Shown: positions 21,071-32,703, counted from the stretch's first letter. The stretch is DNA of 64,000 bases from an uncultured bacterium (GCA_963744715.1 CAVUUR010000007.1:64001-128000), one strand, 5' to 3'. Notes: a model not told the origin generated them from the letters alone. Numbers and translations: made by a program.

Positions 21071-22139
21071 CTATAGTAACGACGAATTATTAATAACACC
21101 ACCACCAAGACATTCATTACCATCATACAAAACCGCAAATTGCCCAGGTGCAATGCCTTGATCGCGTTCCGCTAATTGAATTCGTGCATGATTATCATTA
21201 ATAAAATCTATGGTACACGGATAACTATGGCTTCCGTGGCGCAATTTTACCTCAAGAGCTGTTTTTTGTGGCGCAGTGCCCGTAATCCAATGGCAGTTAA
21301 CGATCTCAAAGTGGTCACGAATTTTATCTTCTTGGTAATACGCGCGCGAAATATACACAATATTAGCAGCGCTATCTTTTGATACTACATACCACGGGCC
21401 CCCTGCAAGCCCAATTCCCTGCCGTTGCCCAATGGTGTAATACCAAAATCCTGCATGCGTTCCCATTACCGTTCCGGTTTCCATTTCAACTAATTGACCA
21501 ACTCGTTCCCCTAAATGAAAGCGCAAAAATTCTGAAAATTTTAATTTGCCCAAAAAACAAATTCCTTGGCTATCTTTTCTGCTTTTATTCGGGATATCAA
21601 TGGCATGCGCATACGCACGCACTTCATGTTTTGCCATGTGCCCTATGGGGAAAAGCGCCCGTGACAATTGCTGCTGACTGACGTGCGACAAAAAATAAGT
21701 CTGATCTTTAATAGGGTCCGGCGCTTTTAATAATCGCGCAACACCCTGTTCATTACTTGTTTGGGCATAATGTCCGGTTGCAACAAATGCAAAATCAGTA
21801 CCAATTTTCGAAAGAAAGGCACCAAATTTAATGCGTTGATTACACAAAATGTCGGGATTGGGAGTTCTGCCCTGCTTGACTTCAGCAATGGTATAAGGAA
21901 ACTACTTCTTGCCAATATTCTTTTTGTAATGAAACAACTTCAAGCGGCACTTCAAGCATAGCGCACACCGCCTGCACATACGAAAGATCTTCCTGCCAGG
22001 GGCACGTTCCTAAAAAGGAAAGCTCATCTTCTAACCAGATTTTAAGATAAAAAGCGGTAATATCGTATCCCTGTTGTTTAAGGAGTGATAATGCAACAGA
22101 GCTATCAACACCACCTGAAACCAGAACTGCTATTTTCAT
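21071..22139 (-). CDS. mnmA: tRNA 2-thiouridylase (frameshift near 21898)
   Basis: SGGVDS, GRTPNPD..CN, ATGHYA, KDQTYFL, DSQGICF, PGQ. Confidence 0.95.
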
Positions 22140-22270
22140 ATATTGTTACGTTAAATTGTATGTAATGCCTATGGTTATTATATAATTATACAATACTATA
22201 AAAAAAATTGTACTGTGAATTCGGGAGGAGATAACAAGTGAAAACATAAGATTAATGCAAAACTGAAATA

Positions 22271-23515
22271 TTAATATTTTATAATTTTATCGGCATTTTG
22301 CTTTATCATCTCTTTTCTGTGTACAATAACATAGGGCTTGTTGTCCGTTTGTGCACGTATTTTATTTTGACCTAAAAACCGCCCATCTATTTTACAATAG
22401 CAGCCATCATGCACCGGTGCTATTAAAGGATAAACATGTGGATTATATTTTTTTGTACCAGTAGGTAGCTTTGTAGGATAATAATAAAATAATGTAGAGA
22501 TTCGATTACATGGCAAAGTGTACTTAAGGAGATTTGCTTTTACTTGAAAATTATCCCTTAACGATTGAATTCTCTTTGTACCTTCCACATCTTTACTACC
22601 TTTTAGCATTTGTTCTGTTTTTATTGATTCCTCTTGGCCTCCATATTCTTTTCGTAACCCATTAGCTGCTTTTTGAAATTTTACATAGCGCGCATAATCT
22701 GCTGGATGAGGATCGAGCATTGCATTTGAAAAATATTTTATTCTATCAAAAATGCCTTTTGATTTGCTTCTTTGGTTATCATCAATAGCTTTGAAGAAAT
22801 AGGCCATTTCATCTAATATTTTTATTGCTTTTTTTACTTCAATATTTTTTTTTACAATATTTTGTTTAAGCTTTTTTATCGAAAATGTATCTGCATTAGA
22901 TTCAGACATATATCCAAAGCCCATCTTTAAATACTGTCCCATCTTTACGCCTAGATATATTCCACCCAAAAAAGTAATAAATTCTTGACCATTAGTTTTT
23001 TCCCTCTGCTGCATTATCAAATTTGGAATACCTAGTGCGCCTGCAAAAACAATATTTTGTAACGGTAACCGATTTTTATCCCATACACAATGGCCATATT
23101 CATGCAAAAGGAGTCCTTGAGCGCACGCAATGTAATTATAAGCATAAGGAAGATACGGATGATCAGGACATTCTTCACCATTATTTTTGATAAATTCAAA
23201 GTTAAACTCTAAATTTTTGGTTTCCTTTTCACTAACTATAATAGTATCGGATGAACCACTAACCATCGCTGCATAGGGGGATGTTACGTCTTTGGTTACT
23301 ATAGTTTTTGTGTTATTAGGATCTCTTCCTGCTAACAGAGCTTGTTGTTTTACAAAATCATTAATCTGTTTAGAACAGGATTTAGTATTATAGCCAGTTG
23401 CTAATTGGACAGCGGTTTTAAAATCACCTAATGAATCTCTTAATGTATCCATGCAAAAGCTTGTATGGATACTAAAAAACAGTAGTATTGCTGTATAGTG
23501 TGCAACTTTTATCAT
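22271..23515 (-). CDS. Secreted M48-like zinc metalloprotease
   Basis: LLHEYGH, ESNAD, HPADYAR. Confidence 0.65.
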   Translation of the reverse strand: MIKVAHYTAILLFFSIHTSFCMDTLRDSLGDFKTAVQLATGYNTKSCSKQINDFVKQQALLAGRDPNNTKTIVTKDVTSPYAAMVSGSSDTIIVSEKETKNLEFNFEFIKNNGEECPDHPYLPYAYNYIACAQGLLLHEYGHCVWDKNRLPLQNIVFAGALGIPNLIMQQREKTNGQEFITFLGGIYLGVKMGQYLKMGFGYMSESNADTFSIKKLKQNIVKKNIEVKKAIKILDEMAYFFKAIDDNQRSKSKGIFDRIKYFSNAMLDPHPADYARYVKFQKAANGLRKEYGGQEESIKTEQMLKGSKDVEGTKRIQSLRDNFQVKANLLKYTLPCNRISTLFYYYPTKLPTGTKKYNPHVYPLIAPVHDGCYCKIDGRFLGQNKIRAQTDNKPYVIVHRKEMIKQNADKIIKY

Positions 23516-23779
23516 TAACTTTCCCTAAAAAATTGAATTCCCCAAAAAATAATATAACTATATTAAATATTAGAATATTTGCTGATAAATTGCAAATTTG
23601 ATTTATTTCAAAAAAGAGTCTAGATGCGATAAAAACATAATCCAAAATTCGAGAATAATAACCTCGCAATTCAACCCCAAAGGATGCGTGTTTAGATTCA
23701 CCTATCCCTACCACAATTTTTATGATAAAATGCTAGAAGTTATTAAATTTTCCTAAATTTAAAGGTCATGTAATTTATT

Positions 23780-25433
23780 ATGAACCCGATAGAAACGATT
23801 CAAAAAAGTTTTTTACAGTTTATTCAACAACAGTTTTCTCTTAGCGCGCAAGAGTGTTCTTCTATCTCATTTTCTATCAATACTGATGAACAAAAACAGG
23901 CTTTTGGTGATATTACGAGTAATGCTGCACTAATTCTCGCAAAAAAAATACACAAAAATCCTCACGCCATTGCGCAGGAAATCAGCTCAAATTTTATGCA
24001 TGAAGCTATTGAAACCATACACATCGCTGGTGCTGGATTTGTTAATATAACACTCAAGCACAGCTGGTGGGTAATGATAGCCGAACAACTCTTTAACAAT
24101 AAAGAATCTTTTTTTAGATTAGATGAAAGTGTTCCTAAGCACTACGTTTCGATTGAATTTGTCAGCGCGAACCCTACCGGGCCATTACATATTGGGCACG
24201 GCAGAGGAGGCATTATCGGCGATGTTTTAGGAAATGTTTTTTCATTTTTAGGCCACAAGGTTGTAAAAGAATTTTATATCAATGATGCCGGCTCACAAAT
24301 AACCAAATTAGGTATGTCATTTAAAATACGTTGTCAGCAACTGTTAGGTATGTCCGTTGAGCTTCCGGAAGAATCGTATCATGGTGAATATCTGATTCCC
24401 TTAGCACAGAGCTGCGTAGACCAGTACGGCGCTGCATTGCTTCAACAACCGGATATTTTTTTTGCACAGTATGCAAAAGAACACTTATTAGAACATATTA
24501 AAAAAACATTATCTGATTATGGTATTACGTTTGATTGTCTGGTTTTCTGAAAAAACATTGCATGATAGTGGTGCTATTGCTACGGGCATTTCCCATTTAA
24601 CTGAACAAGATACAACTTACCAAAAAGATGATGCACTTTGGTTTAGAGCAACCACCTTTGGTGATGATAAAGATCGTGTACTGCGTAAAGCAAATGGTGA
24701 ATTAACGTATATTGCAGCCGACGTTGGCTATTTAGAAAATAAAATAGCGCGAAATTTTGATCATCTTATTATAGTACTTGGCCAAGATCATCATAGTTAC
24801 GTAGCGCGCTTAAAAGGTATTTTACAGGCTTTGAATCATGATCCTGCCATTCTTGATGTTATCTTATTTCAATTGGTAACCCTCAAAGCAACCGGACAAT
24901 TATTACGCATGTCAAAAAGAACCGGCAATATTGTTACGCTCGATGATCTGATTGAAACCGTTGGTAAAGATGTTGCTCGCTTCTTTTATCTCAATAGAAA
25001 AGCTGACGCACATTTAGATTTTGACGTTGATTTGGCATTAAAAAAAACTGATGAAAATCCAGTATACTACATACAGTATGCCTACGTGCGCACTAAAAGT
25101 ATTTTGCAAAAAGCAGAACAAGAACCTGATTTACGAGTTATTAATGACCGTGACACCGTAGGGTTAAGTGACGCAGAACAATTATTGCTCAAAAAGATTA
25201 TTTCTTTAAATCTACTCTTGCAATCTATTACCAAACATTATCAAACGCATACGCTGGCTTATTATGTTCTTGAATTAGCGCAACTATTTCATGCGTATTA
25301 TGCTAAAAATCGTATTATTGATCCGGAAAAAGTAACACAAAGCAGAGCTCGTTTGTTATTGGTTACTATTGTCAGAAATACGTTAGAAACATGTCTTAAT
25401 TTACTCGGCATTAGCTGCCCTGAAAGCATGTAA
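23780..25433 (+). CDS. argS: Arginyl-tRNA synthetase (frameshift near 24536)
   Basis: SANPTGPLHIGHGR, MSKRTG, NPVYYIQYAY. Confidence 0.96.
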
Positions 25434-25592
25434 ATACGATGAGTTCTCCCCGTGATTATTCCAATATTATAATTGCATATTGAAAAATAGATTTTTTTTA
25501 ATGATTATTAGTTGAATACTATCTCAATCATATGCATTATGGTATACTATTAATAAATAAATTATATATACTATTTTACCTACTTTTAAACT

Positions 25593-27242
25593 ATGAATCT
25601 TAATCTTGCAAGAAAATGGCGATCACGTAACTTTGACCAAATCATCGGTCAACAATTGTCAATTAGAATACTTAAAAATAGTCTTTACCGAAATCATTTT
25701 TTTCCGGTGTATCTCTTTTCTGGCCAGCGCGGCTGTGGCAAAACAACCACGGCGCGAATTTTTGCCGCTGCGGTTAATTGCAAAGAATTAATACCCTTTC
25801 AACAATCTCCTAAGGATAGTTCTATCCCCTGTTTGGCCTGTACTTCTTGCCAGGCAATGATGCATGGCCGACATCCGGATTTTATTGAAATTGATGCGGC
25901 ATCGCATACCGGTGTTGATAATGTACGCAATATTATTGAGGCAGCATCCTTTTTACCATTATTGGGAACAAAAAAAATATATCTTGTTGATGAAGCACAC
26001 ATGTTAAGCAAAGCCGCTTGTAATGCCTTTTTAAAAATTTTAGAAGAACCGCCAACCTCAGTTTTTTTTATTTTAGCAACCACCGACCCGCAAAAAATAC
26101 CGGATACGGTAAAATCACGCTGTTTCCAATTATTATTTAATGCGGTTGCAGCTGATGAGGTGCGCGATCATTTACAAGCCATTTGTAATCAGGAATCGAT
26201 ACCATGTGATACCGAAGGATTACAAACTATCGTTAATCATAGTGGCGGATCAGTGCGCGATGCTATTAACTTATTAGAACAGGTTAGATTTTCTACTGAT
26301 TGCGTAACTAAACAGGCGGTATTAGCCGTTATTGGTTATATTGATGATCATCAAATGCAAAAACTTTTAGACATTTTAATAACAAAGAATACTGAAGATC
26401 TCGTGCAATGGTTACACCATAATCGTATTGAAGAACACACGGCCATCACCGTATGGAATTCATTGCTTGAACTTATTGGCTCAGCATTATGGAATTCTTA
26501 TGGTGTTAGTTCAAAAGAAACCGTAAACCCTGAACATTATTCTGCATCAGAATTATGTTCATTATTACAAATGCTCTATGATTACGAACTATTATTATTG
26601 AAAACAACCTCGCAACATCGGCTACTAGAAAACATTTTTTTTATTATGTGCCAACAACACCAAGAATTACCGCCATCAACCATAGTAAAAAAAACGGAAG
26701 TATCAGTAGATCGCCCATCAGTTGCAAGCGTTAAAGAAGAGATTAAACCACAACTAATTGCAAAAACATCTACCGTTAACCAACAATGGAATCTTGCATT
26801 GAATCAGATTGAAACACTTAATGATCCATTGCTCGCCTCTATTTTTAAGCAAGGGCGTTTTGTAAGCTTTGATGAAGCTTCGGGTAACCTTGAGCTACAT
26901 TTTGCTAAAGATTTTTCTTTTTTTAAAGAAAGGCTTGATAGCACGATCACCTTATGGAAACCATTGTTACAAAAAATTTTTGGGCAACGGGTACAATGCA
27001 ATGCACATTTTATTGAGGAACAAAAAAATATTGGAAGCGATGCTCCCGATAAAAAAATGGAAACACCAATGCCAGTAGGGCAAAAGAATTCTACGGCAAA
27101 AACCGTCGTTGATAATTTTATTGCAAAAAAAGATCATAGAAAAGAATCCGGGGTAAATAATTCTACGTCTGAAAAAGCTGCTATGCTTTTAAAAATATTT
27201 CCGGGCTCTATAACTGAAATACCTAAGGAACATCATGAGTAA
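25593..27242 (+). CDS. dnaX: DNA polymerase III gamma/tau
   Basis: LARKWRSRNF, GQRGCGKTT, EIDAAS, DEAHML, LEEPP, SRC. Confidence 0.96.
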   Translation: MNLNLARKWRSRNFDQIIGQQLSIRILKNSLYRNHFFPVYLFSGQRGCGKTTTARIFAAAVNCKELIPFQQSPKDSSIPCLACTSCQAMMHGRHPDFIEIDAASHTGVDNVRNIIEAASFLPLLGTKKIYLVDEAHMLSKAACNAFLKILEEPPTSVFFILATTDPQKIPDTVKSRCFQLLFNAVAADEVRDHLQAICNQESIPCDTEGLQTIVNHSGGSVRDAINLLEQVRFSTDCVTKQAVLAVIGYIDDHQMQKLLDILITKNTEDLVQWLHHNRIEEHTAITVWNSLLELIGSALWNSYGVSSKETVNPEHYSASELCSLLQMLYDYELLLLKTTSQHRLLENIFFIMCQQHQELPPSTIVKKTEVSVDRPSVASVKEEIKPQLIAKTSTVNQQWNLALNQIETLNDPLLASIFKQGRFVSFDEASGNLELHFAKDFSFFKERLDSTITLWKPLLQKIFGQRVQCNAHFIEEQKNIGSDAPDKKMETPMPVGQKNSTAKTVVDNFIAKKDHRKESGVNNSTSEKAAMLLKIFPGSITEIPKEHHE

Positions 27243-28551
27243 ACTGCCTAAAGTAGTAATTGTTGGCAGAACAAACGTTGGCAAATCAACCTTATTTAAT
27301 AGATTATCGGTCGACGTAAAAAGTTTAATGCTCGATTATCATGGCGTTACGCGAGATTTTATTACCGATACTATTTGTTGGCAAGAAAACTGTTTTGAAC
27401 TCATTGATAGCGGTGGTATCAGTTTACAAAAAACACAGGACGAATTAGCCGCCAAAGTGCAACAGATTGTATTCCAACTTATTGAATCGGCTGATATTAT
27501 TCTTTTTGTATGTGACGGTACTATTGGATTGCTTCCGGAAGATCGTGAAATCGGTAATTATTTGCATAAGCTGAATAAAAAAGTCATGTTAATCATTAAT
27601 AAAATTGATAGAAATCAAGCACAGCAACTTTCGTATGAATTTCTGAAGCTCGGTTTTGCTCATGAATATAGTATCTCCGCTCAACATGGTCTTGGTATTC
27701 ATGATGTATTAAATGGCATTATTCCGTTACTGCCAAAAAAAATAACCGAAGATACGGAAAAAACTACTTCATACAGAATTGTTTTATTGGGTAAACCAAA
27801 TGTTGGAAAATCTTCGTTAATGAATATGCTTTTGGAGCGCGAGCGTTCGTTAGTGAGTACTATTGCAGGAACAACTCGAGAAGCAATAACCGAACCATTA
27901 ACCTTCTATCAAGAAACTATCGCGCTAACCGATACGCCCGGTATACGCCGCAAGCGATCGGTAGGAGAACAACTTGAACAGATGATGGTTAAAACGTCAT
28001 TTCGGGCACTCGATCACGCTGCAATTGTTTTATTACTTATCGATGCCGCATCAGGAGTTTTGAGTGATCAAGAATTAAAATTGGCTTTTTATGCTTTTGA
28101 ACAGGGAAAAGCGCTGATTGTGTTATTCAATAAAGAAGATACCATGAATCCTCAACAACGCGCTGATTTAGACGTTGAGATGGATCGATATGATTATTTT
28201 ATCAAAAAAATTCCGCATCTTTTTATTTCATGTAAAACTGGAAAAAATATTGGGCGCATTTTACCACTCGTTAAAAAAGTATGGGAACGGCATAGCCAAT
28301 GGTTGCCTGCAGAAGAATTGAATCGAATCTGCAAAGATGCATTAGAGAGAACTCCTTTGTATCATCAATCGCACAAATTAGTAGTTCATAAGGCGGAGCA
28401 AATTGCCACGGCACCGGTAACCATATTATTAAAAGTAAACCAACCATTATGGTTCGGACCAAGCCAACAAGCATTTTTTGCCAATGTTATTCGTAATCAC
28501 TATGATTTGTTAGGTGCTCCGCTGATTATGGTACCAAGAAAAAAAGGCTAA
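27235..28551 (+). CDS. der: Ribosome biogenesis GTPase Der
   Basis: Two G domains: GRTNVGKS and GKPNVGKS. Confidence 0.96.
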   Translation: MSKLPKVVIVGRTNVGKSTLFNRLSVDVKSLMLDYHGVTRDFITDTICWQENCFELIDSGGISLQKTQDELAAKVQQIVFQLIESADIILFVCDGTIGLLPEDREIGNYLHKLNKKVMLIINKIDRNQAQQLSYEFLKLGFAHEYSISAQHGLGIHDVLNGIIPLLPKKITEDTEKTTSYRIVLLGKPNVGKSSLMNMLLERERSLVSTIAGTTREAITEPLTFYQETIALTDTPGIRRKRSVGEQLEQMMVKTSFRALDHAAIVLLLIDAASGVLSDQELKLAFYAFEQGKALIVLFNKEDTMNPQQRADLDVEMDRYDYFIKKIPHLFISCKTGKNIGRILPLVKKVWERHSQWLPAEELNRICKDALERTPLYHQSHKLVVHKAEQIATAPVTILLKVNQPLWFGPSQQAFFANVIRNHYDLLGAPLIMVPRKKG

Positions 28552-28615
28552 AAAAAATCAATATTGCTTTTGTTAATTACTTTATTGTACCATTACAATA
28601 AAATAAGGAGTTGGT

Positions 28616-28948
28616 ATGAATAAGCGAATTTTTTTTCATGAAATGGAACGTTCTGTAGCAATGGAACGCTATGCTGATGAACAATTAGAAAAAATTGTTA
28701 AATTTTTAGAACATGAACGAGAACCTATTTATTTGGATTTAACGATAGAAGCCGGACGCCCGCATGCTCATCACAAGGTCAATCTTCTATTAAAAACACC
28801 ACACTATGAGCTTATCGCTCAAGATGAAGGCCCTGAAGCGTACAAAGTACTCGATACGGTTATTGACACTATGTATAAGAATCTTCGTAAAAAGAAAGAA
28901 GAACGTGTTGATAACCAAAAAACTACTAATTGGTACAAAGGAACCTAA
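28616..28948 (+). CDS. hpf: Ribosome hibernation factor HPF/RaiA family
   Basis: Size and pattern YADEQLEKI.KF...Y..LD..ID.M...LRK.KE. Confidence 0.75.
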   Translation: MNKRIFFHEMERSVAMERYADEQLEKIVKFLEHEREPIYLDLTIEAGRPHAHHKVNLLLKTPHYELIAQDEGPEAYKVLDTVIDTMYKNLRKKKEERVDNQKTTNWYKGT

Positions 28949-29110
28949 TCTTTTTAGATAGTGCTTAAAAACGATAAAGACCTTAATTACAAATCATTTC
29001 CTATCTGAAACTACCCATTTGATTAATATATAAAAATCATGTAAAATTGTATTATAGATTTAATACTAATAATCAAAGAATAATAACTGTATTGTTGCAT
29101 AAAGGTAATC

Positions 29111-30079
29111 ATGAGCAATAGCATACTTCTCGTTAAACTAATTTTTAACTTTGTTATCGGTTTATTTAGTAGTTCTCCCTTTGATATTACCTTGATTGAC
29201 CCTAATACTCTTTCTCAAGAAGCTACGCTCGAATTAAAAAATTTTGAAGCATCTTTTAGTTATCCATTCAGTAATACCGAAGAGTTTAAAATTCAACATG
29301 GCAAAGATGGTAACTACTTTGCTTTTTTTGAACGCCTTGGAAAACCTTATTATTACATGGCACGAAACAAAGAAAATAAAAAATTCACTAAAACCGTTGA
29401 TAATGAAACGGTAACTCTTGAGCACAAACGAGGAGAACTTGCTGCGGTAGGATGCGGAATTTTAAGGAAACTCAAAACATATAATGGTACATCAATTAAT
29501 GCTTGGTATATCTGTGATTTAAAAGTTAATACATCGTATCAAGGCGAGCACTTACCGTTAATAATGACGCAAAAGGCACTCGTACCGAGATTTGTACAAT
29601 GCCCTAGAGGCTTTGGTATTTGCATGAATCCACCATCAGGAGAACCAAAGGCGGCCGGTATTTTTAAAAAACATGGCCCAATTCCAGGGCTCGATACACA
29701 GACACTAAATCTCTATACCTTATCTGCACAAGATGTTAAAAAACATCAAGCATCTATAGAAGATTGTCTCAAAAAACATGGTTACCTGAATGAAACTATG
29801 CAGATTAATTTTGTTTCAACCAACGGCGCCAAAGATTATATTATTTTTGATAAATCTGGCAACAATCAACGTCCATGGCATTTGTTTCATATGAACGTTG
29901 ATACAACGAGAACTACCGAATATCACCACGATGGTTGTTATATGATTTCTTCGGTAGATACAACGCCGCTTGATACTGAGTTAAAATCTATAATAGGTTC
30001 GCCATCTTCAACGGCTCAAATCGTTAGTTTTGGCATGAAAGATGTTGATTTTAATTTTTTAACGTCAGATCAAATTTAA
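29111..30079 (+). CDS. Hypothetical protein, GNAT-fold-like
   Basis: AAVGCGILR...AWYICDLKVNTSYQGEHL resembles GNAT motif A. Confidence 0.5.
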   Translation: MSNSILLVKLIFNFVIGLFSSSPFDITLIDPNTLSQEATLELKNFEASFSYPFSNTEEFKIQHGKDGNYFAFFERLGKPYYYMARNKENKKFTKTVDNETVTLEHKRGELAAVGCGILRKLKTYNGTSINAWYICDLKVNTSYQGEHLPLIMTQKALVPRFVQCPRGFGICMNPPSGEPKAAGIFKKHGPIPGLDTQTLNLYTLSAQDVKKHQASIEDCLKKHGYLNETMQINFVSTNGAKDYIIFDKSGNNQRPWHLFHMNVDTTRTTEYHHDGCYMISSVDTTPLDTELKSIIGSPSSTAQIVSFGMKDVDFNFLTSDQI

Positions 30080-30101
30080 ATTTTTTTGATCATTATTGTT
30101 T

Positions 30102-31883
30102 TTATATACTGCTCATCAACTCATTGATAAATAGTTCAGCGGGCATAGTATATAATTCACTTCCCCACTGTTTAATAACTTCATTAGTAACCGGATCAAC
30201 AAGAAGGAAGGTAGGAAATCCTACAATAGTATAGTTGTTTTTAAGCGTGTTATACGGTTCTGCTTTTTCATTGGTACCATCTACACTCAGCGGAACCACA
30301 AGATTTAATGCTTGCATAACATTCTGATCTACTAACAATGTTTTGTTAATGGCAGTACATATTGAACAAAACTGTGCCCAAAAATCGATAAATATTTTTT
30401 TATTTTCTGCTCGTGCTTTGTGCAAAGCATGTTCGTACGAAGTGTGCCAGATACTAGCATGATTACTATATTTCTCTTGATACCGCATTTTAAATGATTG
30501 CGTTAACAGCACCACCGAAAGTGCTATTAACAACATACCAAAAATATTATTTATTGTTTTCCACATTGAGCGAACCATCGGTTGCGTGCTGTACACATAG
30601 TAGATGCCAACAACGAGAATTATCAAAGAAGTAATAAACATTAAAATATGTAAGGGTACAATATTACTTAAATAATATAAGCAAACACCTATCAGCATAA
30701 AGCCAAAAAACTTTTTAATTTCAAGCATCCAAGAACCGGTTTTTGGAAACATGGTTAGTGAATTGGAAAAAGTTCCTATAACTAACAACGGTGTACTCAA
30801 TCCAACACCAAAGGAAAATAACAATAAAAACCCTAAAAGCGTATTGCCCAAGGTGGCTACAATACTTAATAAAAGAGCCAATCCTGGCGAAACGCATGGT
30901 GAAGCAATAGTGCCACTCGCAGCGCCAAAAATAAATGCCGATACCAAAGAACCGTTAGTTTTGATGTTATGTTGTGATTGAAAAACACGCGGAATATATA
31001 ATTCATATAATCCAAACATTGAAAATGCTAAATAAAGAAGAATAATAACGATAAACGCTACCGATAGCGGATGTACGAGTAATTTACCATATAAAGGACC
31101 ACTACAACTTGCCAAAAGGCCAAAACAAGCAAAGGTGGTTGCCAATCCCATCGTGTAGCAAAATGCTAAAAAAAAGTTATAGATAAATGACGAACTTCGT
31201 TGTGCTTGCAATATTCCTACGGTGATAGGAATCATAGGATAAATACAAGGGGTTAAACTCAAAAGTATCCCCAGTAAAAAAACAAGCAAAATACGTATTG
31301 GCGTAGATTTAGTTTGCTCGATCAACGTTGATACATATTTTGCATAATTCCATAACACCTGCATTATTGATTTCTTTGGTGAAGACTTAGCAGCAGGTTC
31401 ATGCTGAGTCTTTTTTTTAACCGTGTCAGCTATTATGGTTTGCTCTTCTGTTTTTTGCACCAGCGTTGAGGAAGCATTAGCTATACTAAAAGAAAGCGGT
31501 ATAAGTTCGATCTGAGGCGATTGCTGACTGTAATGATACGTAACGTGCAAAAAAGCATTATCGACAGCTTTGTCAGTACTATTTTCAACGATAAAAGTTA
31601 TATAAAAATCTTCATCAAAAACTAATTTCGTTTCTTTACTTACTTCATCATAATGGTTTACCGCTTCTCGGCTACTAGACCAATCGGATAGTACAATCTC
31701 CGGACTATCAACCGAAACATTAAGAGAATCTTTATAGAGATAATTGCCGGTTTTTATTGCAAAAAATACCGTTATTTTCTGTTTTTTCAGATCAATGCTT
31801 TCATGTTTAACCGTTATTGAAGCAGTAAGAACCATGCTCATAACTAAAGAAAAAACTGTAATAAAAAATCTACTGGTATTCAT
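30102..31883 (-). CDS. dsbD: DsbD-like thiol:disulfide interchange protein
   Basis: SLTPCIYPMIP, SPC, G.WM, C-terminal DFWAQFCSIC...GFPT. Confidence 0.9.
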   Translation of the reverse strand: MNTSRFFITVFSLVMSMVLTASITVKHESIDLKKQKITVFFAIKTGNYLYKDSLNVSVDSPEIVLSDWSSSREAVNHYDEVSKETKLVFDEDFYITFIVENSTDKAVDNAFLHVTYHYSQQSPQIELIPLSFSIANASSTLVQKTEEQTIIADTVKKKTQHEPAAKSSPKKSIMQVLWNYAKYVSTLIEQTKSTPIRILLVFLLGILLSLTPCIYPMIPITVGILQAQRSSSFIYNFFLAFCYTMGLATTFACFGLLASCSGPLYGKLLVHPLSVAFIVIILLYLAFSMFGLYELYIPRVFQSQHNIKTNGSLVSAFIFGAASGTIASPCVSPGLALLLSIVATLGNTLLGFLLLFSFGVGLSTPLLVIGTFSNSLTMFPKTGSWMLEIKKFFGFMLIGVCLYYLSNIVPLHILMFITSLIILVVGIYYVYSTQPMVRSMWKTINNIFGMLLIALSVVLLTQSFKMRYQEKYSNHASIWHTSYEHALHKARAENKKIFIDFWAQFCSICTAINKTLLVDQNVMQALNLVVPLSVDGTNEKAEPYNTLKNNYTIVGFPTFLLVDPVTNEVIKQWGSELYTMPAELFINELMSSI

Positions 31884-31993
31884 AACGTTCCTGACACTAG
31901 TGTTGCTATTTTATTAAGCATTGTTAAACTTTTAAGAGTATTTCTTCCGTTAAGAATACATCAATTTAACATTTTTTTAAATTTAAAAGTTTT

Positions 31994-32069
31994 GGGGTTG
32001 TAGCTCAGTTGGTAGAGCGCATGGATGGCATTCATGAGGCCACCGGTTCGATTCCGGTCAGCTCCACCA
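31994..32069 (+). tRNA. tRNA-Ala(GGC)
   Basis: Cloverleaf GGGGTTG/CAGCTCC, anticodon loop ATGGCAT, TTCGATT, encoded CCA. Confidence 0.95.
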
Positions 32070-32181
32070 GTTTTTGACTGAAATTGATCAAACACTACAT
32101 TTTATTTTCGATGCATAAAAGCTGTCATGCATTTTTTATACTTTTTATCTTAGCGCTTTCAACATAACCAAGAGACACCTT

Positions 32182-32697
32182 ATGAATAATTTTTTACGTA
32201 CAACACTTTTTATAAATATATTAACCGTATTATCTTGTGCTGGCATGGATAAAGCAATTCTTCCCCTATTTCCCTCAATTAGTAAAGCTAATGATGGTGA
32301 TTTTAATAGAATCTTAAATGGTATGCAAAATATAAAGCTGAACAAAGATACTCGCGCTATATTAAAAAATTTTGCTACATACCACAAGCAATCATTAATC
32401 TATCAAGAACAAAACTCACCACAATCGATATTAGATGATCCTACCTCCAACTTATACATCAAAGAAATTTTAGGGTTGACTGTGTTTGGTGTTGCAACAC
32501 TAGGCCTCGTCTACGCTTCAACGTATCCTGAAATATTGTCACGTAAACATATGATATTATATCCAGCAACTTTTTTATCTGGTTACGTATGCATAGAAGG
32601 ATTAAAAAAAATATTCTGTCGAGATAATTTAAACAATCAAATAGCAAGCCTTGAAGTCATAGAAAAAACGTTAGATAACTATAACGTTCAAGATTGA
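32182..32697 (+). CDS. Hypothetical secreted/membrane protein
   Basis: Signal peptide and two hydrophobic segments. Confidence 0.6.
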   Translation: MNNFLRTTLFINILTVLSCAGMDKAILPLFPSISKANDGDFNRILNGMQNIKLNKDTRAILKNFATYHKQSLIYQEQNSPQSILDDPTSNLYIKEILGLTVFGVATLGLVYASTYPEILSRKHMILYPATFLSGYVCIEGLKKIFCRDNLNNQIASLEVIEKTLDNYNVQD

Positions 32698-32703
32698 AAT
32701 CAA

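Noticed and set aside
20402..25433. Programmed frameshifting in pgsA, mnmA or argS
   Set aside because: No slippery-site plus stimulator pattern seen at the breaks; same error signature as elsewhere in the window
27120..27135. A-run in dnaX as a tau/gamma frameshift site
   Set aside because: Too close to the 3' end, not in A_AAA_AAG phase, no evident downstream hairpin
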